A stretch of 63,004 nt of DNA from a virus (lineage: Duplodnaviria > Caudoviricetes), in IMG/VR virus record IMGVR_UViG_3300024265_000049, positions 1 through 63,004 of that record, one strand, 5' to 3'. Position numbers and translations under genes: made by a program. Every line of letters begins with the position of its first letter. Within the stretch, counting starts at the first letter, position 1. The notes under the pieces were generated by a model. That model made no database searches. It worked only from the letters and a program-made list of their open reading frames with translations, and had not been told where the DNA came from. Shown here in pieces: positions 10,050 through 19,270 of the stretch.

Positions 10050-10539
10050 TCCCATCCAGCATAGCCGGAGTGGCTCGCACTGCCCTCTCAGACAGCCGTA
10101 GACCAACCTGCAAGCGCTCTTCCGACAGCCACACGCCCGTAGCCCTGCCCAGACCTGCACGCATCACGGCGGGATCCCTGCGTGGCCTGATAAGCGCACC
10201 ACGGTGGTGCGCCAGAGCAATCACGTTGCTCTGTCTGATCCTCATTTCCCGAGGGCCGATCTCAGCAGGAGCGTTTGCCCATGCCCTGGCCACTCGACCG
10301 CCTGTGCCGCCCAGGGTAGTAGGCGCAGGGGTGAAAGTGCCGAACGGGTGAGCCCTGGGCCACGCAGGGATACCTCCCGCCTGAAACTGCTGGTCAACGC
10401 CCGCTCTCCAGACCTTCTCTACTTGCTTGCCAGTAGGGCCGGCCAAGGGGCGCTTGAGCTTGTTTTCAGTTCGCGCAGTAAGGTTCAGGTACTCTTGAAA
10501 GCCCTTCCTGGTAAATCGGAACCGTAAGAGGGCAGCGAT
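10012..10539 (-). CDS. virion morphogenesis/neck protein (Mu gpG-like); probable ATC start at 10539
   Basis: QQFQAGGIPAW and ALAHHRG..IRPR pattern; frame open upstream of TTG 10446 to a GGAG-N6-ATC. Confidence 0.55.
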   Translation of the reverse strand: MAALLRFRFTRKGFQEYLNLTARTENKLKRPLAGPTGKQVEKVWRAGVDQQFQAGGIPAWPRAHPFGTFTPAPTTLGGTGGRVARAWANAPAEIGPREMRIRQSNVIALAHHRGALIRPRRDPAVMRAGLGRATGVWLSEERLQVGLRLSERAVRATPAMLDGTKAIVFLDFQPA

Positions 10540-10551
10540 AGCCGACTCCGA

Positions 10552-10860
10552 TCAAACCTCTACCGGGTCAACAAAATCAGTCCTCAAGGGGAACTGAGTC
10601 CAGGCCAGCACCTCGCCGGTCACCTGGCACCAACCTCTCGCAATCTTCCGCCAAAAACAGCACGCCGTCCGATCGTAGACAGCTGTCTCCCACTTCCCGA
10701 AAGTCAACAGCCGCACCTTCTGCCGGTGTCCAGGCTCGGCATGTGTCCCGCCTTCGAAGTTTGCACGATCCTGCTTTTGGTCGCCCTTCCTCTTTGGGCT
10801 CTCGTCGTACACTGCCGGGCGCCAAGCCCTGGCCCACATTGATGGTGTTCTCATATTCAA
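10552..10860 (-). CDS. hypothetical protein
   Basis: ORF with a V.AW..FP C-terminus typical of small phage proteins. Confidence 0.4.
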   Translation of the reverse strand: MNMRTPSMWARAWRPAVYDESPKRKGDQKQDRANFEGGTHAEPGHRQKVRLLTFGKWETAVYDRTACCFWRKIARGWCQVTGEVLAWTQFPLRTDFVDPVEV

Positions 10861-11217
10861 GAAACCCGCTCAACTAGAACTGCCAGACATGCGCCCGCAA
10901 TGAGGCCAGAGACAAGTACTCGGGTGAGAGCATACCTAACTTCGGGCCTTGTTGTCGTTGCAAGAGCAAGGAACACCACAAAACCACAAAATAGAGCACC
11001 TTCGATCATTTTCCCCTCACGCAAGGGTAGACGGCTTCCGGAAAGTACATTGCCTCTTCTGGCGCCCGAACGCCTACGGTTACCGGAACGAGAAAATCGT
11101 TCTGCTTGGAGCACATTTTGACCGCATCGCTTCTTGCTGGCCACAGTCCTATAAACTCCCACGAAGACGATTCAGCGTCAAGAGTTCGACCCACCAGCCA
11201 CAGGACTACCTTGGAGC

Positions 11218-12240
11218 TCACAAGCACGCCTTGATCAGCATGTGCCGAATCTTAGCCATCTGACCATGGTCGCACACTACGCCTCTGTTTTCGGCGTCGA
11301 TAAGTGCCACAAGCTTCCATGCTGCCTGTCTGGCAAGCTGCGGCAGCACCCTTGCCGCTCGAGTCGTCCAGATCAGCCCGTTGTCGTCCTCAGTAGCCCC
11401 AATCGTGGAGTCCCAAAGCGGCTCACTACCCGTGATTGTAGTTCCCGCCACGGTACATTCAAGAACAATTCCACCCCTTGATGAGTCCGCCTGGATACTT
11501 GCCCTCGAGGGAAGGACAAACGACCCTCGGTCATCGCCGTGAGCTGTAGACTGGCCCACGCCATAAGCCGTGTTCGACTGCCAGGTTTCTATGGCTGCCG
11601 CAGGCGGGTCCTGCCGTGGCCCATCAGGCAAGCTGCCCACCTGGCCAGGCATCAGGTAACCGGCCGTGAGAGACCCAGCAGCCCCCAAACCGGCGCTATT
11701 GCCGATCGTGTAGTCACTGGTCTCGAGGCCTGGTAAGGGGTCGGGTCGCACTCCGGATGAGAACTGGGTAGTCCAGCGCCACCCACGACGTCGGTAGAGC
11801 TCCTTGTGGCAGTTACTCCTGATTTGGTAAGTGTCCGCTTCGACCACTTGGTCGGTACCAGTCGAGAACGTATCGAGTCCGTGGAGCAGGGACACCTCGG
11901 GCACTTGGAGCCCCTCAGCGTCAGCTATTGGCGTCTCGACCGGAAACCGGGGCAGTACCAGCGCGGTGTCGCCAAATCCAGGAAGCCGGACAACGTACTC
12001 TTGCCGCCAAGGCTCGCGATCGCCTATGAGCTCCGAAATCCTCATGGCCACCTGATCAGCCAAGAACGCCGCGCTGATATCGTCAGGTGTCGAAGTCAGG
12101 CCAGGGACCAGCTTGACCTCGTCAGGGGTAATCGGCCGCTTGTCGACCGCGTAGGTGACGATATCGAGATCTAGGATCTCAGTTTCCCCGGCCATAAGAG
12201 AGGGGGCCATCTTGGCTGCCGATGTGGGACGCTTAGGCAT
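11218..12240 (-). CDS. head-tail adaptor-like protein with inserted W.....Y..G module
   Basis: LPRFPV, YTAGY-like (LTAGY) and LP..ARQAAW.LV features of gp6-like adaptors; position after capsid. Confidence 0.55.
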   Translation of the reverse strand: MPKRPTSAAKMAPSLMAGETEILDLDIVTYAVDKRPITPDEVKLVPGLTSTPDDISAAFLADQVAMRISELIGDREPWRQEYVVRLPGFGDTALVLPRFPVETPIADAEGLQVPEVSLLHGLDTFSTGTDQVVEADTYQIRSNCHKELYRRRGWRWTTQFSSGVRPDPLPGLETSDYTIGNSAGLGAAGSLTAGYLMPGQVGSLPDGPRQDPPAAAIETWQSNTAYGVGQSTAHGDDRGSFVLPSRASIQADSSRGGIVLECTVAGTTITGSEPLWDSTIGATEDDNGLIWTTRAARVLPQLARQAAWKLVALIDAENRGVVCDHGQMAKIRHMLIKACL

Positions 12241-12476
12241 TTCAGGAACGGCCCAAGACAGCGAAGTCCACTATCCCAGCAGGGGCCTCCAGCTGAACCA
12301 GCTCTACTCGAGGAAGCATCTTCCCTCTGAGAAACCACCGAAGCTCTCCGAGATGTTGTCCCGGTATGGCCAAGCCGGACATAGCTGGGGCCTGTTCAAC
12401 CTCAGCCAGGAGCTGCCGCTGTTTAGCCCTCCCTGAAATCGCCAGTCCAGCTATCAGCCCGGCAATGAAACCTCTT

Positions 12477-12767
12477 CTAGTGCCCTTCATGATGCCCCTT
12501 TTGCGTATTAGGCTTCTGCTCTCCCGCACCATCGCTTTGGTCGATCCCCAGCTCCGGATCGTTCAGCGGCGAGACCAGGGCCGCAGCAAGCCTGAGAGCG
12601 TATGCCGCCTCGTCGACTTCGCTGGAGATCGACCGGCGCAAATCGCCAGAGACCGAGGCGAGAAGCAGGTCGAGAGCCATAGCGGTCTTGCGCATCGCGG
12701 CAGCAATGGCCTTGTCGATGTCGGTCTCTTCCCACCGCAAGGGTCCGCTGAGCTTCGCCCCCTCCAT
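12477..12767 (-). CDS. hypothetical protein
   Basis: AAAGGA RBS. Confidence 0.45.
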   Translation of the reverse strand: MEGAKLSGPLRWEETDIDKAIAAAMRKTAMALDLLLASVSGDLRRSISSEVDEAAYALRLAAALVSPLNDPELGIDQSDGAGEQKPNTQKGHHEGH

Positions 12768-12835
12768 ATGAGGTTTCCTTTCGCGTAATGCCGGAACTGG
12801 GTCGCCCTGGCAGGGAGGAGCATAGCACAGAACGC

Positions 12836-12870
12836 AAAAGACCCCCGGAACGGCCTATTCCAGAGGTCTT
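12836..12870 (-). terminator. rho-independent terminator
   Basis: AAGACCTCTGGAA/TTCCGGGGGTCTT stem plus U tract on the minus strand. Confidence 0.6.
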
Positions 12871-13168
12871 GGCAGTCTCCTTAGAGCTTTTGACGAAGGC
12901 TCAGAGAATGGGAGGTCGTCGCCGGGACCCCAATTGCCAGGAGCAGTCTACTCCGCTTCCTGCTCCTGGGGCAACCCCATCTTCGCCTCTTCGTCAATCT
13001 CGCTCTTCGGCAGGTCTTCGGAGCTTGCCCGGTCTTGATCCTTGCCCTCTTCTCGATCCCGGCTGAAGCACCCTCGACCTGCCTCAAAATCTGTGCCGTC
13101 AGCTGGCCTGAGAGCCCCTGTCTGGTACATGTGCCGAGCGCTACGCATAACGGGGGTCCTCTGGATAG

Positions 13169-13242
13169 TTGCGGGAACCGGATTCGAACCGATGCATACT
13201 GGGTTATGAGTCCAGCGCTCTACCAGACTGAGCTATCCCGCG
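13169..13242 (-). tRNA. tRNA-CAT (Met/fMet-like)
   Basis: Cloverleaf CGCGGGA TA GCTC AGTCTGGTA GAGC G CTGGA CTCATAA CCCAG TATGC ATCGG TTCGAAT CCGGT TCCCGCA A; CCA not encoded. Confidence 0.9.
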
Positions 13243-13761
13243 TTACTTTTTGGCAGTCTTCCCCCGAGGCTTTCTTGCTTTTTTGGCGACAGGCTTCGCT
13301 TTTGTGGTAACCGGCTTATGCCCTTCCGCCATCTTCTCCAGGGCCACCCCAACACCGTCCTGGGACGCCGCTTCTCGGAACCCTCTGATTGCCTTTAGGC
13401 GAGGCCCTTCAAGATCCCTATCAACTTGGTAAAAGCTCCGAAGGGCAATGTCGGTCAATCGGTCTTTTCCAGGATTAAGCAATTGGCCAAAGTAGAAGAT
13501 TCCGCGAATGTGGAGCTGCTGCACGTCGAAGGCAGTAAGGCCATGGATCTTGTCCAGGTCGTCGGCACCTTCCACCCTGTCAAGGGCGACGAGGAACCGG
13601 GCGTGCCGGCCCTTGCTGAGTTCGCGTTCATACTCGCCGAAGCTTGCCCAATGAGGTTCGCCAATATTACGACTCCCGAACTGACGAGCCGTAATACATC
13701 GAACCTTCTGGCCATCATCCGAAATCGTAGCGCCCCGAGGGGCTTTGTGTTGATTCGTCAT
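13243..13761 (-). CDS. hypothetical protein (HhH-like segment, basic tail)
   Basis: DDLDKIHGL...L..RGI..FGQL resembles a helix-hairpin-helix module. Confidence 0.45.
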   Translation of the reverse strand: MTNQHKAPRGATISDDGQKVRCITARQFGSRNIGEPHWASFGEYERELSKGRHARFLVALDRVEGADDLDKIHGLTAFDVQQLHIRGIFYFGQLLNPGKDRLTDIALRSFYQVDRDLEGPRLKAIRGFREAASQDGVGVALEKMAEGHKPVTTKAKPVAKKARKPRGKTAKK

Positions 13762-13823
13762 GTCTACCCTGGGCTAGGCATCAAGCTGCCGAAAAGTCTT
13801 GCTAGGCAAGCTGCCAGAACTTC

Positions 13824-14444
13824 CTAGATGCCCCTGGGCGCGTAAGGCGGAACGTGTGAGGCGACGAAACCATAGACGGCAGAGATATCGGCCGTATCAA
13901 GGCTACCGGCAGAAAGATCAGCGGTGAACTTGACTCGGAAGAAATTGAGGCCGATCGAAGGGCGCACGCCAAAGCTCAGGCGCACGACCGTCAAGACGTC
14001 GGTCTCAGCTCCTGACGCAATTTTGACTGTGATATCGTCCTGGACGTTCGCCGTTACTCCGACCTCCTGGTCCTCTTTCGGGGTCAGCCCCAGCTCGACA
14101 ATGTCAACATTGAGCGGAACGGCCGGAACTATAGTCAGAGCAGCGGCGTCAGGGTCGCCGCTACTGTCGGGGGGGGCGGTTTCTATCTTGAGAGCCTTGA
14201 GCTTCAGATTCTCAGCATCGGCCAGCGTAGTCAAACAAATGACCATCAGCTCAAGGGCAAAAAGCTGTTCCCCTTCGGTACCATGGGCCGTCAAGCTTTC
14301 AGTGTTCAGGCCAGTCACAGACACCCATTCTCCGATGTGCTCCTGATTGTCGGTACCGGCAGCGGCTACGATCGCTTTTGTAGCAAGAGCAGGATAGATA
14401 CCATATCCGGCCTCGTGCGGAACTTTGGTCTTTGCAATGTTCAT
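13824..14444 (-). CDS. probable capsid decoration protein
   Basis: Directly after the capsid gene; AGGAG RBS; acidic and beta-rich. Confidence 0.5.
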   Translation of the reverse strand: MNIAKTKVPHEAGYGIYPALATKAIVAAAGTDNQEHIGEWVSVTGLNTESLTAHGTEGEQLFALELMVICLTTLADAENLKLKALKIETAPPDSSGDPDAAALTIVPAVPLNVDIVELGLTPKEDQEVGVTANVQDDITVKIASGAETDVLTVVRLSFGVRPSIGLNFFRVKFTADLSAGSLDTADISAVYGFVASHVPPYAPRGI

Positions 14445-14579
14445 TCGGTCATTCTCCTGCCCTTACGGGCTCTTTGGTTCTCGGCTTGCCTCATTCAGAC
14501 CCGGGAAGCTACCCCCGGAGTGACAGCAGCCCCGAGGGGAACAAGGCTGCTGTTTCGGCTCGAGAAGGGGAAATCGAGC

Positions 14580-16028
14580 TTAGGAACCAGAGGTTGCCTG
14601 TCCGATACCGCCCCAGTTGACGTCGTTCCAGATGAACCCAGCCTCTGCCCTGCGCATCTCGATGTCATGGTACGCCTCTAGGAGCATAGCTCCCGAGGAT
14701 CGCTCGAACAGATGATAGGAACCGCTTGACTGGGACGTGTCGGTCACGGAACCCTCGAGAGACGTCCGCACGTTAACCATTTGCTCCTCAGCAAACATGA
14801 CCTCCGCCATGTCCACCAGGATCAAGGTTGAACCTTTGCCGCCAGGATCCCCCGTAGTCGTAATGCGAGTCGTCCAAAATAACGGGATGCCGCCCAGGGT
14901 GCCGTTCCGCTCTACGGATGGCCAAGCAGGCGAGCCGTCATTCGTACGCTGCTCGGCAAAGAAATCGAAATCTCGCCAGCTCGTAAAGTAGACCAGTCGC
15001 TGGGGATCAATGGACGCGTCGGCAATGGCGGCCTTGCCAGTCCTGATATCAAGGACCACGTTGTTGATGCGTGTCGCGTTGCTATCAGCAGCAGCCAGCA
15101 CAACCGCAGTCTTGGCATGGTCGGCATCGATCAGCGTAGTCAAGCCCTTCGGGCGCGCTAGCGTACCGTCGCTGAGCAGTGCGGCTGAATCGATCGCAGC
15201 GGAAGCGCCAGCCAGCATGTCGTTCAGGATGAAAGCGTCCGTTACGACCGTAGACCTCTCCAATGCCCGGAGCGAGAAAATCACGATACCCTTGAGGATC
15301 TTTGCCACCAGGGCACGTTCCGCAAAGCTGACTCCCGTGCGATCAGGGACCGAGTCCTCGTTTTCGACGTAGGAGAAACTCGTCCCCTCGGTTTGCACCA
15401 GATAGGTAGCCTTGCCACCAGTAAGCGGTACCACAAGCGGAGAGGCTGCTAGAAACACAGTGCGCGGACGGAGGAATTCGACCAGTCCGTCGAGGAACAT
15501 GTCCGGAATGGTAATACCGATTCTCGAAACGCGATCAGAACGAAGCTGGTCATCAGCAAGCACGTTCTTTTCCAACGCTTGAGTAACCGGATGATCCTCG
15601 CCATGGAGCTTGACGGCAAACTGGAGCGGCGTCATGCCTCCGCCACTGGGGCTGCTTTTCTGGCTGAACGCCGCGAGCATGGCAACCCGAAAGCAGCATG
15701 CCGCATATTGCCCGGGAAACACTTCGCCAGAATGCCGATCAGCGAAACTGTAGCGTACTCGGCGCTGAATGGTCGGACGCACCGCTTCGGGAATACCGAT
15801 AGCGAATTGCTCAGCGCTCCAAAACTCGGGAACGTCGATCCGGCCGGCGTTGTTTCTCACCCGACTTTCAAACTCGGCCATCCTGGTGTCAATAGCTGCG
15901 ACCTGACCAGGAAGAGCGTTCAGGCCCGCCTCTTCCATGACCGAACTTAGAACCGTCTGCATGTCCTCGACACTGACGCCACCGCCGCCGCCACTTTCAC
16001 CGCACCGAAGATTCGTCTTGACTTTCAT
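14580..16028 (-). CDS. HK97-fold major capsid protein
   Basis: IP..FLDG.VE.LRP, D.A.L..DGT...PKGL and GTLGGIP motifs; N-terminal delta-like region. Confidence 0.9.
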   Translation of the reverse strand: MKVKTNLRCGESGGGGGVSVEDMQTVLSSVMEEAGLNALPGQVAAIDTRMAEFESRVRNNAGRIDVPEFWSAEQFAIGIPEAVRPTIQRRVRYSFADRHSGEVFPGQYAACCFRVAMLAAFSQKSSPSGGGMTPLQFAVKLHGEDHPVTQALEKNVLADDQLRSDRVSRIGITIPDMFLDGLVEFLRPRTVFLAASPLVVPLTGGKATYLVQTEGTSFSYVENEDSVPDRTGVSFAERALVAKILKGIVIFSLRALERSTVVTDAFILNDMLAGASAAIDSAALLSDGTLARPKGLTTLIDADHAKTAVVLAAADSNATRINNVVLDIRTGKAAIADASIDPQRLVYFTSWRDFDFFAEQRTNDGSPAWPSVERNGTLGGIPLFWTTRITTTGDPGGKGSTLILVDMAEVMFAEEQMVNVRTSLEGSVTDTSQSSGSYHLFERSSGAMLLEAYHDIEMRRAEAGFIWNDVNWGGIGQATSGS

Positions 16029-16043
16029 TGTCCATGTCTCCTG

Positions 16044-17372
16044 CTAGTCAGGGATATCCAGGTGCCCCTGCCGTCTTTCTTTGTCGATTCGAAACGCTCT
16101 AAACTTGTCCGTCAATGCTGATCTGAACTCGCCAAGAGTAAAGCTCTCTGGACCCTCTTCGTCTGCCCTGTCGCTGTCGCTGTTCTCTTCGGGCGTCACT
16201 TCAGGAGCTGACTCAGGGTTCGCCTGGCCTTCCCTGACGAGCTCAAGCCTCATGATCCGCTCAAGCGCATCGGCCTCTTGTGCCAAACCTGCCGCGCGAG
16301 CTGCAACCAACAGGGTTTCGTCAGGATCTCCATCGTTGGTGGCAGCTGCGAACCGGCCCCAAGCTTCCGGATCGAGCCCTTCTGGACAGTCACCTTCAGC
16401 GCTTCTCAAAGTGTGAGCTATTTGCTGGTCACTGGCCAAGGTGCTCTCAGGCTCTTCCTTGCCGCCCGGCAGCTCCAGCGCATCGACCCCTTCGGCCCCG
16501 AGAGCCACCAACGCATTGGCATTGACCAGGCCGAGTTTTGAAGCAAGAGCCTCAAGCGTTGCAAACTCAACAACCCGCATCGGGTCCGCGTAGGCTGTCT
16601 CCATTTGTGCCGTGATCAAATTGCGCAACGGCTCAAGCTCTACAGCTCCATTGTCAACAGCCAAACGAACGGCGTCGGCGTGGCGAGGAACCGGCACAAA
16701 GGACAACTCTACCAGCTCATTCGGGTCCTCTTTGGAACCAAACGTTACTGTCGAGTCGTCGTCGTCAAACGTCACCTTACCGACCAGGAACCCGGGGGAA
16801 AACGCGTTCAACGCGCCAAAGCGATACAGCCCGAGGACGGTAGTCGCCAATGGGTTCACTTCGTCCGGGGCCAGCTCGGCAAACCCGATCAGGTTCGACG
16901 TCGGCCTAGTGTTCTGGTGCCCAGTAAACAACCACCGGGCGATGATCATGTCCGGGGTCGAGAACGATGTCCGGTGATTCCACGCTCCTACGGGATTTGA
17001 GGAGTTGAACTTATCCAGGTCCCACGCGTCATTGGGCACGACAATGTTTGAACGGTTAGGCGTCGCCAAGCTCCAGCGGGCTTTCATTACGCGATCGAAA
17101 TCTACGGCATTGTCACCGTTGATCTCTTTGGCGCGTTGCTCCAGTATAGGCCGGTCCTTTGGCTTGACCCCAAACTGAGTGGCCCCGAAGACGTCAGCAG
17201 TCACCAAAGCCCGGTCGTCAGTGTGCCGAGCGAAGATCTCACCCGCGTCGGTTTCAGGTTCGGCCCTGATTTCACTCAAAAGATCAAAGGACGCCTCTTC
17301 GCGGGAGTCCGTCCACCCGAGGAATTGACCACCCTGAGTCAAGTGTAAGCGCTGTAATCTCTTGAATTTCAT
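16044..17372 (-). CDS. HK97-type prohead protease with acidic scaffold-like C-terminus
   Basis: WNH, G.LNAFSPGF and ELVELSFVPVP motifs. Confidence 0.85.
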   Translation of the reverse strand: MKFKRLQRLHLTQGGQFLGWTDSREEASFDLLSEIRAEPETDAGEIFARHTDDRALVTADVFGATQFGVKPKDRPILEQRAKEINGDNAVDFDRVMKARWSLATPNRSNIVVPNDAWDLDKFNSSNPVGAWNHRTSFSTPDMIIARWLFTGHQNTRPTSNLIGFAELAPDEVNPLATTVLGLYRFGALNAFSPGFLVGKVTFDDDDSTVTFGSKEDPNELVELSFVPVPRHADAVRLAVDNGAVELEPLRNLITAQMETAYADPMRVVEFATLEALASKLGLVNANALVALGAEGVDALELPGGKEEPESTLASDQQIAHTLRSAEGDCPEGLDPEAWGRFAAATNDGDPDETLLVAARAAGLAQEADALERIMRLELVREGQANPESAPEVTPEENSDSDRADEEGPESFTLGEFRSALTDKFRAFRIDKERRQGHLDIPD

Positions 17373-17383
17373 GGCCGCCTCTG

Positions 17384-17413
17384 AAGGTAACAGAGACAGA
17401 TTAGGAAAGTCAA
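17384..17413 (-). promoter_or_regulatory. sigma70-type promoter for the protease/capsid genes
   Basis: TTGACT-N18-TACCTT with TG extension. Confidence 0.45.
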
Positions 17414-17651
17414 CTCTTTTTCAATTCCAATCTCCATCGAGCTGAGACAAGCTCGGCGCCCATTTCCTGCACGTCCCGTCCGGCGACACGGATCATCAAT
17501 CCACGGTCGGGGAGTCGCCAGCGGAGCAGGCGCCAATGCGGTCTCTGGCACGCTCCGCTTTCGTGGGTGCCCCTTGCTCTCGATCGAACTTGATCCTGGG
17601 CACTTGGGCCATTGGCGTCCGTCTCATGCGTTAACCCTCAAGGCATGGCAA

Positions 17652-18449
17652 TTACCTTGTTTCAGGGCAGCTCGGATCGCCAGGGCCAAGACAAACAACA
17701 GGCCCGGCATCGCCCCCGCCGCTCCCATCAAGGTTTGGATTAGGGCCTGGCGGAGAAATCAACACCCGCTGGACCGGTCCCATGCCAGGACCTACGAAAA
17801 GAAGGTCCACTTGGACGCACCCAGGGCACAGGTTTCCAGTCGTCTGAAGCAGGTACCCGCCAGGGTTCGGCTCAGGTAGCCCTGAAAGGCCCATATCGCC
17901 GTCCTGAGAGGGCCTGCGGCTTGACCCCTGGGTCGCTACCGAGCTAGGTCCGCGTCGATACAGGAGCTCCTGGGGGCCGCCACCGTTGGGATAGAGCTCC
18001 TGGAGAGTTGCGGGATAACCACCGAGCACAGCAAACCAGTCGTCAAGGTCGGCTTGAGCCCGCCTCATGTCGATCTCGTAGGTCACGAAATGAGCCTTCT
18101 CGATAGCGCACAGGCCGTAAGGGATACCGATACTGGCCAGAATCCCGATGATTGCGATTACGACCAGGAGTTCAACAAAGGCAAAGCCGGGTCCAACATG
18201 GACCGGATAGCCCAAAGAGGCCCACTGCCTCGCACGGTCATGCTCTCGGTAACGGATATGCTCATAGTCGAGTTTTTCGCGAAATCCCTGAGTCCTAAGG
18301 GACAGGCACCGGGCAGTAAGAAATTTCTGCCTTTTCCGGCAAACAGTGCGATTCTTGCAAGAATAGAGCCCTGTCCATCGCATATAGCGCCCAGCGCCCA
18401 CCCGGGCAAATGGCCCATTTTTGTCGTTACAGTTCCTACATCTCTTCAT
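17652..18449 (-). CDS. type IV pilin/pseudopilin-like protein with Cys-rich N-terminal extension
   Basis: G|FAFVELLVVIAIIGILASIGIP prepilin motif (F1, E5) and GGYPATLQEL; start MKRCRNC with RBS. Confidence 0.75.
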   Translation of the reverse strand: MKRCRNCNDKNGPFARVGAGRYMRWTGLYSCKNRTVCRKRQKFLTARCLSLRTQGFREKLDYEHIRYREHDRARQWASLGYPVHVGPGFAFVELLVVIAIIGILASIGIPYGLCAIEKAHFVTYEIDMRRAQADLDDWFAVLGGYPATLQELYPNGGGPQELLYRRGPSSVATQGSSRRPSQDGDMGLSGLPEPNPGGYLLQTTGNLCPGCVQVDLLFVGPGMGPVQRVLISPPGPNPNLDGSGGGDAGPVVCLGPGDPSCPETR

Positions 18450-18636
18450 CGCGGCCCCTTCCTCGTTCCGTTCCCTTTCGAAGCTTCTTGCGCATCTTTG
18501 CAAATCTTGCCTGTTTTTCCAAGTGCTCTTTCTTGTGGGCAATACACCGAAATGGGCCAAGAGCAATGACCTTGCACCCATGCTCAATACACTCCCGGTG
18601 AATCCTCATCTCAACCCGTTGCCCCTGTCCATCGTG

Positions 18637-18861
18637 TCACCTGTTGCGGCATATCACGACCAGGAGTTCAATGAGCGAAAAGCCCAGATCTAACTTTTTT
18701 TCTCCACTCGACAAATCGCGAAGAAAGTCGCCAAGCCTCATAGCTGTTTCCCCAATGTCCTTTCCGACTTCCTCTAGCCGTTTCGGATCAGTTAGCCTGG
18801 GTTTCTTCACCTCAGATTCTGGCCAGCACGACACGCAATCACACCCTTCGTGATGTCTCAT
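18637..18861 (-). CDS. small protein ending in a truncated prepilin motif
   Basis: C-terminus KKLDLG|FSLIELLVVICRNR-stop. Confidence 0.5.
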   Translation of the reverse strand: MRHHEGCDCVSCWPESEVKKPRLTDPKRLEEVGKDIGETAMRLGDFLRDLSSGEKKLDLGFSLIELLVVICRNR

Positions 18862-18952
18862 CTCAGCCCCTTTCTGTGATAAGATCGGCAGGCACCGGCC
18901 GGGGTTGCCGCCCTGAGCCGGGCCTTTCCACCAACGCCCTGAGGAGACGTCA

Positions 18953-19270
18953 ATGTCCGAGACCCAGAGTAGCACAAAGACGTGCAGCCATTGCCAATTG
19001 GCGCACGACGCACCGGGCCGCTATTGCCGATCTTGCCACGCTGCCTATATGAGGAACTGGCGCAAAACCCACCCGCTGACACCCGAAGAAAAAAGAAAAG
19101 ACAGCTGTCGCTCCATGTCCTCGTACTACCTGAAAATCGGCAAACTGACCCGGACAGACTGCAAAGACTGCGATTCTCCCGATACCGAAATGCACCACCC
19201 TGACTACGGCCAGCCGCTTCTAGTCGTCTTCCTTTGTCGCCCCTGCCACCTTGCGCGACACGCGGCCTAA
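18953..19270 (+). CDS. HNH-like Zn-finger protein
   Basis: CxxC pairs and EMHHPDY..PL.VVFLCRPCH..RH; GAGGAG RBS. Confidence 0.7.
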   Translation: MSETQSSTKTCSHCQLAHDAPGRYCRSCHAAYMRNWRKTHPLTPEEKRKDSCRSMSSYYLKIGKLTRTDCKDCDSPDTEMHHPDYGQPLLVVFLCRPCHLARHAA

